Source of the DNA: Macrostomum lignano | Taxonomy: Eukaryota | NCBI GenBank assembly: GCA_002269645.1 | Contig: NIVC01003090.1 | Location: forward strand, 1-64,000 | Reading direction: 5' to 3' | Length of the DNA stretch: 64,000 nt | In this document: positions 49,231-61,250 of the stretch, piece by piece | Position numbering within the stretch: the first letter of the stretch is position 1 | Layout of the letters: the number at the start of each line of letters is the position of its first letter | Program-made: the position numbers and the translations under genes | The notes under the pieces: generated by a model | Told to the model about the DNA's origin: nothing | Databases searched by the model: none | Seen by the model: the letters and a program-made list of their open reading frames with translations, nothing else

Positions 49231-51668
49231 ACACTGTTGAGAGTGACATTTCACACTATTGAGAGTGACATTTCGCACTGTTGGGAGTGACATTTCACTC
49301 CAGAGAGTAACATTTCACACTGTTGAGGTTGACACTGACATTTCACACTGTTGAGAGTGACATTTCACACTGTTGAGAGTGACATTTCACACTGTTGAGA
49401 GTGACATTTCACACTGTTGAGAGTGACATTTCACACTGTTGAGAGTGACATTTCACACTGTTCAGAGTGACATTTCACTCCAGTGAGTAACATTTCACAC
49501 TGTTGAGGTTGACACTGACATTTCACACTGTTCAGAGTGACATTTCACACTGTTAAGAGGGACATTTCACACTGTTGAGAGTGACATTTCACACTGTTGA
49601 GAGTGACATTTCACACTGTTGAGAGTAACATTTCACACTGTTGAGAGTGACATTTCACACTGTTGAGAGTGACATTTCACACTGTTGAGAGTGACATTTC
49701 ACACTGTTCAGAGTGACATTTCACACTGTTGAGAGTGATATTTCACACTATTGAGAGTGACATTTCACACTGTTGAGAGGGACATTTCACACTGTTGAGA
49801 GGGACATTTCACACTGTTGAGAGTGACATTTCACACTATTGAGAGTGACATTTCGCACTGTTGGGAGTGACATTTCACTCCAGAGAGTAACATTTCACAC
49901 TGTTGAGGTTGACACTGACATTTCACACTGTTGAGGTTGACACTGACATTTCACACTGTTCAGAGTGACATTTCACTCCAGTGAGTAACATTTCACACTG
50001 TTCAGAGTGACATTTCACACTGTTGAGAGGGACATTTCACACTGTTGAGAGTGACATTTCACACTGTTGAGAGTGACATTTCGCACTGTTGTGAGTGACA
50101 TTTCACTCCAGTGAGTAACATTTCACACTGTTGAGGTTGACACTGACATTTCACACTGTTCAGAGTGACATTTCACACTGTTGAGAGGGACATTTCACAC
50201 TATTGAGAGTGACATTTCACACTGTTGAGAGTGACATTTCACACTGTTGAGAGTGACATTTCACACTGTTGAGAGTAACATTTCACACTGTTGAGAGTGA
50301 CATTTCACACTGTTGAGAGTGACATTTCACACTATTGAGAGTGACATTTCGCACTGTTGGGAGTGACATTTCACTCCAGAGAGTAACATTTCACACTGTT
50401 GAGGTTGACACTGACATTTCACACTGTTGAGAGTGACATTTCACACTGTTGAGAGTGACATTTCACACTGTTGAGAGTGACATTTCACACTGTTGAGAGT
50501 GACATTTCACACTATTGAGAGTGACATTTCGCACTGTTGGGAGTGACATTTCACTCCAGAGAGTAACATTTCACACTGTTGAGGTTGACACTGACATTTC
50601 ACACTGTTGAGAGTGACATTTCACACTGTTGAGAGTGACATTTCACACTGTTGAGAGTGACATTTCACACTGTTCAGAGTGACATTTCACTCCAGTGAGT
50701 AACATTTCACACTGTTCAGAGTGACATTTCACACTGTTGAGAGGGACATTTCACACTGTTGAGAGTGACATTTCACACTGTTGAGAGTGACATTTCACAC
50801 TGTTGTGAGTGACTTTTCACTCCAGTGAGTAACATTTCACACTGTTGAGGTTGACACTGACATTTCACACTGTTCAGAGTGACATTTCACACTGTTGAGA
50901 GGGACATTTCACACTATTGAGAGTGACATTTCACACTGTTGAGAGTGACATTTCACACTGTTGAGAGTGACATTTCACACTGTTGAGAGTAACATTTCAC
51001 ACTGTTGAGAGTAACATTTCACACTGTTGAGAGTGACATTTCACACTGTTCAGAGTGACATTTCACACTGTTGAGAGTGACATTTCACACTATTGAGAGT
51101 GACATTTCACACTGTTGAGAGTAACATTTCACACTGTTGAGAGTGACATTTCACACTGTTCAGAGTGACATTTCACACTGTTGAGAGTGACATTTCACAC
51201 TATTGAGAGTGACATTTCACACTGTTGAGAGTGACATTTCACACTGTTGGGAGTGACATTTCACTCCAGAGAGTAACATTTCACACTGTTGAGGTTGACA
51301 CTGACATTTCACACTGTTGAGAGTGACATTTCACACTGTTGAGAGTGACATTTCACACTGTTGAGAGTGACATTTCACACTGTTGAGAGTGACATTTCAC
51401 ACTGTTCAGAGTGACATTTCACACTGTTGAGAGTGATATTTCACACTATTGAGAGTGACATTTCACACTATTGTGAGTGACATTTCACACTGTTGAGAGT
51501 GACATTTCACACTGTTGAGAGTGACATTTCACACTATTGAGAGTGACATTTCACACTGTTGAGAGTGACATTTCACACTGTTGAAAGCCACATTTCACTC
51601 CATTGAGTAACATTTCACACTGTTGAGAGTGACATTTCACACTGTTGAGAGTGACATTTCACACTGTT
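49231..51668. repeat. 22-bp minisatellite (ACACTGTTGAGAGTGACATTTC), ~110 units, with 20-bp and 28-bp variant units
   Basis: Direct reading; starts about 130 bp after the SRF stop codon. Confidence 0.97.
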
Positions 51669-52411
51669 AAGTTTAGCGGTGGGCGGAAGTTGGCTCTCAG
51701 TATTTATACTGTTAATTTGAATTAATCAGCTATCAACATTGATTGTATGCAGTTTCTCCCGTATAGCCTAAATTATTCTCTCTCCTCTATTATTTTGCTG
51801 TCCAGTTCCGCGCTCTACTTATTGCAGTTAGTAGTATCGTGTTCCAAAATAGTAGCAAAAAATAAACAATTCTCCGTTTGCCTACAGGTTAAAGAGATAC
51901 AAAGCTTAAAGGCTTCCCGGCTTCAGTTTGAGTTTAAAGTAGTCTGGTCTCTCCTGTTCCAGTGTCTCTTAGGCTGCATGGAGATAGACTCGCTGTACCT
52001 TGTGTATATGGAATATAAGAAGCCATTGTTTGCGTCACTTGTTGTTATAGAATTTAGAGAAGCGGTATAAAATAATTGTGTAGTTATCATTAAATAACGC
52101 TATTGATTTCAACTGCAGCTCTCTCTCTGATATTTATCTTATTTTTGCAACTCTGCGCTTGTACATATATTTATTAAAATATGTATTGAGGTTTAATGTC
52201 TATTTACTGTAAATGCACATAATTACGTAAAAATGCTTCTTTTTAATATGAGTAAATTGTCACTATTTTCATTTATTGTGTTCAATAAGATTGAGAGAAT
52301 CAAATTAATACCCTCATTGCTTAGTAGATAACGTATGCAAAATAGAATAGATTTGAGAGATTAATTTGTATTTAAGCATGAGTAATAGACAGACATCAGA
52401 TTCAGTAGTAA

Positions 52412-52552
52412 ATAGACATGAGATTGACTAGTATATAGACAAGATTGACTAGTATATAGACATGAGACTGACTAGTATATAGACATGAGACTGACTAGTA
52501 TATAGACATGAGACTGACTAGTAGATAGACATAAGACTGACTAGTAGATAGA
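52412..52552. repeat. 23-bp tandem repeat (ATAGACATGAGACTGACTAGTAT) x ~6
   Basis: Direct reading. Confidence 0.9.
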
Positions 52553-53278
52553 ACTACGATTGACGTGTGCTTGCCCATTTCAAGTGTTCACATATTACTA
52601 AATGTACATATTGATATCGCTGCTCTCTCAAAATGTCTGTCTGAATGCATAAAAATCAAGGTTTGCTTTCTGTAACCTCGTTAATCATAGTTGGTGTATT
52701 TAGAATGATTAGATAATAAAAATTACGGTGAAAATGTAATTGATGACTTTTAATGATACAATTATATTGGCTGAATTTAAATGCATTACACCGCCTTTGC
52801 TTTTGTGCAGTGTGCTCTTTTTAGTTAGTAAAAATTCGATCCCGTACTCGACTGAGTTTTGAGCAATTTCAATTTTCTAACATTTAATTACTGCTTATCT
52901 GTTATGTAATCTTTGCGCTCGCATGTCTCTGTTTTGTTGAACTATAAAATCACCACAAATGCTGCTCTAAAAGTACAGACAAGTGAACCTATGGAAAATA
53001 AAAAATTGACTGCGCTATTTGATTCAAATTCCTTTTTTTTGCTAAAAATGTGGTAGTCACTTCCTTTGAGTGTGAATTTTTTTCGTTTGAATTCGATTCA
53101 TTTTTGAGTGGTGCCGGGCTTTGCTGCTACTGAAAGTAGTGCTGTATATAAAAATGTGTAGTCAGCAGAAGGAAATATATTCACAATATTTCAGCTTCTG
53201 GGAATTGGCATTTACAAACGGAACAAGTGTTTGTGTTTTGTTCGACGTTATAGGGCTCGTATAATTAATATTTAATAA

Positions 53279-53567
53279 TTGATTACACCTGCTCTAACCG
53301 GCGGATGTGCAACCGACAGCTCAGCCGCAGCTATTGCGCGGCGCATCTGAAGGCTGCGTACGGCTGTTCAGTCCAAGGACTCCTAGGGGTCGCCACACAC
53401 ACCCTCAATTACCTCAGCTAATGCTGGCACCCATTTTACAGCTGGGTGAACTGAAGCAATGCAGAGTTGCCTTGCTCAAGGACACAAATTGTTCCAGTGT
53501 TATCGGGAATCGAACCCCCGACCTTTCAGTTGTGAGTCCGACGCTCTGACCACTGGGCTACAGCCCC
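53279..53567 (-). mobile_element. Second copy of the tRNA-derived CORE-like SINE, inverted relative to 46607
   Basis: Minus strand GGGGCTGTAGCCCAGTGGTCAGAGCG...GGTTCGATTCCC...CCTTGAGCAAGGCAAC...CTGTAAAATGGG; body GTCCTTGGACTGAACAGCC...GGTTGCACATC almost identical to copy 1. Confidence 0.88.
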
Positions 53568-53568
53568 C

Positions 53569-54084
53569 TCATGTGCTCGTGTACATGCGCCATAGACATT
53601 TCCATAACTCTCCTTTCCCTGTACGTACATGTACATCCGGCACGCGAGCATTTAGAGGATCGTGTTTATGAGGATTGTCTCCATCGGATTGATCGACTTC
53701 CAAAACTCGCGGGGAACGAAAGCCGTGATGCCCGACCGAATTGGTACGAGTTTGATATGACGGTCGATACAGTGCCGCGTTGGAAACTCGCTCGTCGCCA
53801 ATCTTGAAGGTGGCGCCGTGCAGCCGTAGGCCATCGTGTACCGACATGCTGTTTGAGCAAGAACAGCGCCACACCCTCTGTCCGTCCTGGCTGCTGTGGA
53901 ACCAGACCGCCGAGGTAGACGAATTGCCGAAGAAATCGCGGAGTTTTCGCCGCCTGTCCGTCAGCGCGTCGGCCCTAAATCGCAGCCTCGATGTCGTCCG
54001 GCACGCACAGAACGACCACTCGCCTACAAACAACGAGTACGAGCTGAGTAACGAGCAATAAAAGTCATTTTTGGTACAAGGCAT
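53569..54084 (-). CDS. Unidentified coding-like segment (possible exon or transposon fragment)
   Basis: 171-codon ORF with GC-rich third positions in the segment YSLFVGEWSFC...LHGATFKIGDERV, and an acceptor-like TTTTATTGCTCGTTACTCAG near 54047. No recognisable domain. Confidence 0.3.
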   Translation of the reverse strand: MPCTKNDFYCSLLSSYSLFVGEWSFCACRTTSRLRFRADALTDRRRKLRDFFGNSSTSAVWFHSSQDGQRVWRCSCSNSMSVHDGLRLHGATFKIGDERVSNAALYRPSYQTRTNSVGHHGFRSPRVLEVDQSDGDNPHKHDPLNARVPDVHVRTGKGELWKCLWRMYTST

Positions 54085-55496
54085 TAAACCCGGGTGTCAA
54101 AATTTAGTTATGCCGGGGTCGCATTTCCTTTCTCTTTCTGACTCTCTCTCTCAGGCAGTTCCAGTCTGCCAGTTCAAAAAGATGCTAACAAAGAAGAGAA
54201 TCGATCCAAAACTCTGCAACATGCTCAAACAGGTACCGTCGCTTCCTTCCTCTCACTTGGCTGCCTGTCAATCACGCTTCTGTCAAAGCTGACTGTCTGC
54301 TTGCCAGTTTCCCACAAAATTGGCAATAGCTAAGACAGGTGTGTAAAAACTGTGTTCCCAAGAGAAGCTGCTGATGCTGCTCAGACAGAAAGGGTGCATG
54401 ATTGTTGAAGGAAAAAGAATTTCGATGCTCCGCCAATTCAAAGGCCTTCAAGCGGAGAGCGCCGTGGGTGGCTGGCTGGAAAGGGAAAGGCGGGCTGGAG
54501 GAGTCAGGAGGATCTTTGCCCAGCCCCAACCCGCCTCTCCCGCCTTCAAGGCATCCCCTATAAGCTTATAGCGTTATAATAGGACAAAAGGGCTTGGCTG
54601 GTAAGTGACTGCAGCAGCTGCGGCCCTGACAGGCGAAACTGCCTTCCTCCTACTTCAGCGCCATTTGTGGGAACAAATTTTTTTCTTCTTTGCTTTGTGT
54701 CCTGTGTGTGTTTTTGTGAATCCGCCAACACCTCCCAGTATTTTGCTGCTTTTGACAAACAGAAGCTTTATGGGGGGCTGAGGAGAAAGGAGAGAGAGAC
54801 GGGAAAGGGACAATTGAAGATTCCTCGCATCATCAAAGCCTGTAGCTGGCAACCCGAAGTTGTTGAGGGGGGGGGGAAGAGAAACTTTAGTGGAGTGGGG
54901 ATTCTGGGAGGGCCTGGCGGCGCCCGGCTGTCTAGCGGGCATCCCCGGATGCCTCCGCTTCCTTTCTCCCTCACTGTGCGCGCGCCCGCCTGCCTTCTCT
55001 GCTTTTGTGAGAGACTGGCTGGCACAGAATAGCTTGAGGAGGGAGGCCAGGAGCATATTTTATTGCCAAAATTTTCCACAGTTTGAAGTGGCCCCCGTCA
55101 TCCTTTCCTCCCCCCCACCTACCTGGCAGGAGGCGGAGCATGGATAGCTTGAGACAATCCGCACTGCTCCTGACTGACTGTCCTTTCCTTTCTTGGCTTC
55201 TACATTAGTCACTTTAAAAAAATTGCCCCGAGGGTAAAGAGTGGCAATTGGGGTGGTTGGTTGGTGCCAGGCAGATGACAGCTGATGATGGATGCATCGC
55301 GTATCACACGAATCATTTGCTTTTTTGGCTTGGCGCGCGTGCAATGCTGCTTTTTTCGGAGGCAACGAAGTCAAAAATATCAAAGCGATGCAACTTCGGT
55401 GTGAAATATCTTGCCCAGCGGCTTCTTTGTGACGGTCTTGACTTTTTGTAAAGGTGTAACTGCAGGTTCTCTTGTGTCGGAAGTTCAGCACCTGGA

Positions 55497-55710
55497 AATT
55501 CCCCAGAATCCCATCATCAGAAATCCCAGCTAACTGAGAATTAATTCCCCCAGAATCCAATCATCATAAATCCCAGCTAACTGAGAATTAATTCCCCCAG
55601 AATCCCATCATCATAAATCCCAGCTAACTGAGAATTAATTCCCCCAGAATCCAATCATCATCATAAATCCCAGCTAACTGAGAATTAATTCCCCCAGAAT
55701 CCCATCATCA
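55497..55710. repeat. 47-bp tandem repeat x ~4.4
   Basis: AGAATC recurs at 55505, 55552, 55599, 55646 and 55696. Confidence 0.93.
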
Positions 55711-57182
55711 CGAATGCAGCATCAGAGGTTCCGATGATGAAACTGGAAGGGCCTCATCAGACACTTCATCAGTAATTAGCTACCAAAGCCGGTGCAAAAA
55801 AGTATTTACAAGCAAATTTATAAATTAGAGCCACAGATTCCTCAGCTTTTTGTCTCCCAATGAAACGTAATGAAATTAGGATTTTATACATTCCCACGAC
55901 GGTCTGGAATGTGGTTCACTTGTTCACTTTCGATACACGCGCATAAAGATTAAAGATTTGTACAGATTTCAGCCCCTGCTGCAGCCGCATCCCTGCTTCA
56001 TCTCTCTGAGCCTCCAGCCTCGCCGGGGCACAATGTCCCGAGTGTGGGTCTCGTGCCCGGCATTGGCTAGTCAAGAAAAGCAAAGTTTAAGCTCGGATGG
56101 TCATTAGCGGGCAATCTGTTGGGGCCTAGAACTCAGACAGAAAATGTTTTGACACATTTTTCTCTTCTGGTAGCTTCTTCTTGCCCCATCTTCTAAAAGA
56201 CGGTTTAGCGTAGAGAGGAAAAGAGTTTTCTGGCGCTACTGTTTGTTATTGTTGAGAGCGGGAGGGCCGTGTCGCGTCCCAATTCTCCCAACTGTTTACC
56301 GATCCCATTGCCTCGCTTTTTCTGGCACCGCTGAAAACCACTTTGTAGCCAAAAATTCTTGGCGGTGGTGATTTTCACTCGCCGCTAATGAGGATGGTGT
56401 CTGTCCTCCCCTTTGCAAATTCTGCTTTTAATGAAATTGCAGCCAAAGTGACGGCTCCTAGCGGTCCTGCCTTTACTTCCCTGCTTTGGCTGCGTCTTCT
56501 TATCCTTTTTTTCTGCGGCAAATGAGAGAGGCCTCTTCTGCCCTCCGCCTCCCCGCCATCCTAACTATCACCTCTTGTTGCCTCTTGTTGTTCGTCTCTG
56601 TGTAAACACACACAGCTTCTGCAGCAGCAGCAGTATTATAGAGTGCGACTATAACAAGCTCGTATCCCTATCTATCTGTAGCACACTTTGCCTGCAGCAG
56701 TCCGCCCTTCTATACAAATAAGATGTTCGTTTCTCTCCCACTACCAAATTGGCCCTCGATGCTGATTTCTGTCACCTTAATTAGGGAGACCTGAAGGGGT
56801 TGTACGCGTTTTAATGGGTGTGCTGAGGGTGTGATAAATGTATATATTTACACTATATTTGCACAGAGACTTTTGCATTCCCTCCCCCCACCAAGAGGTT
56901 CGACCTTGTCCTAGCAAAATAACCGTGTGTTGGGGCGAGCCTTGTGCTGAATAAACAGTTTGTCAATGCTTTTTACTACACAATTTACAGCCATGCTGTA
57001 CCCCCTGCCCGCTTATTGCATGCAGACCAGATGCCCAGAATCCCAACACTGTTAGTCCAAGGAACATTTCGCTTAACTTTTTTCTACAACTAATTATGCA
57101 TGCTGCTTTTTCATATAGTGCTGATATATAATGTTTAGGCATACTTTGAAGACTGATCCAGGGGTCGTTATGGCTGCGCAAG

Positions 57183-58070
57183 GGTCCTAATGAGTCTGGA
57201 GGAAGGTTCTAATGAGTCTGGAGGGAGGGAGGGAAGGTTCTAATGAGTCTGGAGGGAGGGAGGGAGGGTTCTAATGAGTCTGGAGGGAGGGAGGGAAGGT
57301 TCTAATGAGTCTGGAGGGAGGGAGGGAAGGTTCTAATGAGTCTGGAGGGAGGGAGGGAAGGTTCTAATGAGTCTGGAGGGAGGGAGGGAAGGTTCTAATG
57401 AGTCTGGAGGGAGGGAGGGAAGGTTCTAATGAGTCTGGAGGGAGGGAGGGAAGGTTCTAATGAGTCTGGAGGGAGGGAGGGAAGGTTCTAATGAGTCTGG
57501 AGGGAGGGAGGGAAGGTTCTAATGAGTCTGGAGGGAGGGAGGGAAGGTTCTAATGAGTCTGGAGGGAGGGAGGGAGGGTTCTAATGAGTCTGGAGGGAGG
57601 GAGGGAGGGTTCTAATGAGTCTGGAGGGAGGGAGGGAAGGTTCTAATGAGTCTGGAGGGAGGGAGGGAAGGTTCTAATGAGTCTGGAGGGAGGGAGGGAA
57701 GGTTCTAATGAGTCTGGAGGGAGGGAGGGAAGGTTCTAATGAGTCTGGAGGGAGGGAGGGAGGGTTCTAATGAGTCTGGAGGGAGGGAGGGAAGGTTCTA
57801 ATGAGTCTGGAGGAAGGGAGGGAGGGTTCTAATGAGTCTGGAGGGAGGGAGGGAAGGTTCTAATGAGTCTGGAGGAAGGGAGGGAAGGTTCTAATGAGTC
57901 TGGAGGAAGGGAGGGAGGGTTCTAATGAGTCTGGAGGGAGGGAGGGAAGGTTCTAATGAGTCTGGAGGGAGGGAGGGAAGGTTCTAATGAGTCTGGAGGG
58001 AGGGAGGAGGGTTCTAATGAGTCTGGAGGGAGGGGAGGGTTCTAAAGAGTCTGGAGGGTTCTGGAGGGTT
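57183..58070. repeat. 31-bp G-rich minisatellite (GGTTCTAATGAGTCTGGAGGGAGGGAGGGAA) x ~28
   Basis: Direct reading; TAATG recurs every 31 bp. Confidence 0.97.
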
Positions 58071-59607
58071 CGTGAGTTCTAGAGACAGAAGTGGGTCAAG
58101 AACTCCCAAGTGCGTCATGTGAGGTGCCGATATCAAGGGTTTGCTTTAAGTTTGCAGACTCAATGGTCCACTCTGATTTGAGGCATGGAACTTCACCACG
58201 CCGCACCCTCCACTGTCAATTTAAATCTTCATCAGACGCTGACACGCGCTACGCTGACTGGGCCCAAGCGTGAGCAAACACACCTGGAGTTGATGACTCG
58301 GTGTGAAAGTGAGTATAGCTAATTGAGGTGTTTAGTCCATTGATAGCTAACATACTAAGCCTCACTGACTGAGTGAGCGATCGAGGTGGGAAATTTATCA
58401 GTGGCTTCTTCTCGAATTCCCTAACCGTGGGAGAGCTGGGGAGTTGCTCGGGCTGGTTCCGTTAGCTGTGTTGAAAAAAATTAAAGCCACTTCCTTTTTG
58501 CGCGCTCGTTTCTCTCCCTCTCATCTCTTTATCCTCTTCAGCTTGGGGGGAAATTGGTTGTCTGCTTTACCTTCTTTGCGCCGTGTGTTGAGACCTTCTT
58601 TTCTCAACAGCAGTGGCTAAGTGGCCTCTTCACCTGTGCTATAGCGGTTAGCAACTGAAGCCGCCGCTGCCGCCATCTTCTTTATATACAAGCCTATTTC
58701 ATTTTCCCACCCTAATGCCAATAAATACTGAGACTGCTCACGTAATGAGGCTGTGAGGATGCTGGGTAATGATGAGGATGGTGATGATGATGGGATACTA
58801 TGTCTATATACATTGCAACCAACTTGTCCCAGCGGGGAGCTCCATAGCTGACGGGCTGCGCTATTGTCTGCAGTTTTGAAGATTTGAAAACTATTTTCAA
58901 GAGCGCTAAAAGATGACGGCTGTGTAGAGTATAATGTCCCTCGTAGGACTCCCATCAAATCTGATTTGCTTCAACTTGTTTTCCCCTACATCTCACCGGA
59001 CACGCACAATGATGCGGGAGCTGGGGGCTACAATGAAGGATTGGGACGAGGAGAGAGGGAACTGATGGAGAATAAATAGGAGGCTGGACATGCACCTTGA
59101 CAGCCTTTGACATGCGTATATAAGTATAGTGATTGGGGGCATCAGTCACGCCTGGGTGAGCGCGACAGTCGAACGACAGCTTCTGCTCGAGTCCTCCAAT
59201 CTACCTGTGCTCGGGTCAAGCAGATTAGCTCAGCGAGCTCCGTCTCCATCTAGCTCGGATGGAATTCGCTTTGTGCTTGTGGAATAATTGAGTTCCATGC
59301 ATCCATTTTTTTCAAACCCCTCCATGCCCGCAGTTATATGCTCGCCAAAACTTCGCTTCAAGGTGGACAAAAGAATTTTCATACTTCATTAGACAATTTC
59401 GCTTTTCCATAAGTTGGCAAATATGCGTAGGTTAATCCTCTTACCGTGCGAGTGACCTTAAATACAACTGGCCTTTTAATTATGTGGGTTGAGTAGCATT
59501 GCTCTTTGCGTCATGGAGACTGGTGCTGCGCCTAGCGAAGCCGCTTCATCTGGAACTGGCTCGGTCTGGATTGAGAACAGCTGGTTGAGTCTGGTCTCAG
59601 AATTGTC

Positions 59608-59999
59608 TCATGACAGAATGATCGGTCATGACAGAATGATTTCATGACAGAATGAGCTCATGACAGAATGATCTCATGACAGAATGAACTCATGACAGAA
59701 TGATTTCATGACAGAATGATTTCATGACAGAATGAGCTCATGACAGAATGATCTCATGACAGAATGAGCTCATGACAGAATGATCTCATGACAGAATGAG
59801 CTCATGACAGAATGATCTGATGACAGAATGATCTCATGACTGAGTTATGATATCATGACTGAGTTATGATCTCATGACTGAGTTATGATCTCATGACTGA
59901 GTTATGATCTCATGACTGAGTTATGATCTCATGACTGAGTTATGATCTCATGAAGTAATGATCTGATGACAGAATGATCTCATGACAGAATAATCTCAT
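59608..59999. repeat. Compound tandem array: 16-bp TCATGACAGAATGATC units, six 19-bp TCATGACTGAGTTATGATC units (59834-59947), then 16-bp units
   Basis: Direct reading. Confidence 0.95.
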
Positions 60000-61250
60000 T
60001 AAAGTCCCATAAAAGCTTTATATAAAAATTAGTAAAATTTGCAGCAGAATTTGCCCACTTTTTCACCTTTTAACTAACAGCTAACGGAAGAAGAAATAAT
60101 AGACCAAAGTGGCCGTGTCCGCACTCGCTCGCACCCCTCGCGGCTGAATACAATACTCACTCCTCCGGGCAGACTTCTCGCTTGAGTAGGAGAGTTATAA
60201 ATAAAAAAGGATATTTAAAGAGAGCTGCGTGCAAATATCACTGAAGCTCTTTGAAAGCGAAGTTTGGCAAACACTCCAGATAAGAAGCCTCTACCTTGCT
60301 CACTGCTTCTCTATGAGCTTCCCCTAACAACTTCGGGTGAGATCTTTAGAAACAGTTTGAGTTCTTCCAGCCCTCGACGGTTGAAGGAGCTCCGACCTCC
60401 GCGGTGTGCACCTACTTGAAGCCATAGTCAACCGCGCGAGCCCGAGGGTCGACCCCCCACGCCTGTTTTTCCTCTCATTATTAGCAAACTAGTTCGCAAT
60501 AATAAACTTATGATAGCTAAAACACTCTTTGTAACCGTGCAGAGCCACTTCTGCTGACTGCTAGGACCACTGCGCTGCTGATACGGCTCTCAACTTCACC
60601 CTAAACCCTTGAAGACGACATTCGAGTGGATTGATTAACCTATTGGATTAAAACTTTTTACAGCAATGAATAGGAAGGATTTTTCAGAACCTGACTGACT
60701 ACCAATGTCCATCTCCAGCCTCCCCTGTTCCGTCATCCGCCAGCCCCCCCCCCGTGTCACCGCTCCCGTTGATTCTGCCGCCTCTTCGCGGGCAAGAAAA
60801 TGTTTACTAAACTCTCCCGATGGGAGGCCCGGCCGCGCGCCCAGCCTCCTCCGCCATCAGCCGCGGTGCCCCAATTGGGCGCTGCCGACACGGAGGGATC
60901 AGTTCTCGGCTAAGATCCCCAACCCATGGGCAAAACCAATCCAATCAGTCCCCTGAATATTATTCTTCCCCTTGCCACCCCTAAAAACACTCTTTCCCCT
61001 TGCTGGCGTTTCTCCCCTATTTCCCCTTCACCCCTCCCCCTCCCCAACCCCGGCCGCCCACCCCACGCCAGAAGAATCATTTTTTCTGGGGCAAGAAAAA
61101 TAGAAAGGCTAAGAGAGCAGAAGCTTAGACGGATCCTGAGGGGGAAGAAAAAGTCAAACAGGAGCCACCAGGCAGACAGTTCGGCGCCAAGGATAAAAAT
61201 ATTTCCGAGCAGTCAGCAAACTCTTCCCAATTCCAACAAATCAACAAAAC

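Noticed and set aside
49231-51668. CRISPR-like appearance of the 22-bp array (also the arrays at 55497, 57183 and 59608)
   Set aside because: Units are head-to-tail with no unique spacers, there are no cas genes, and the context is eukaryotic.
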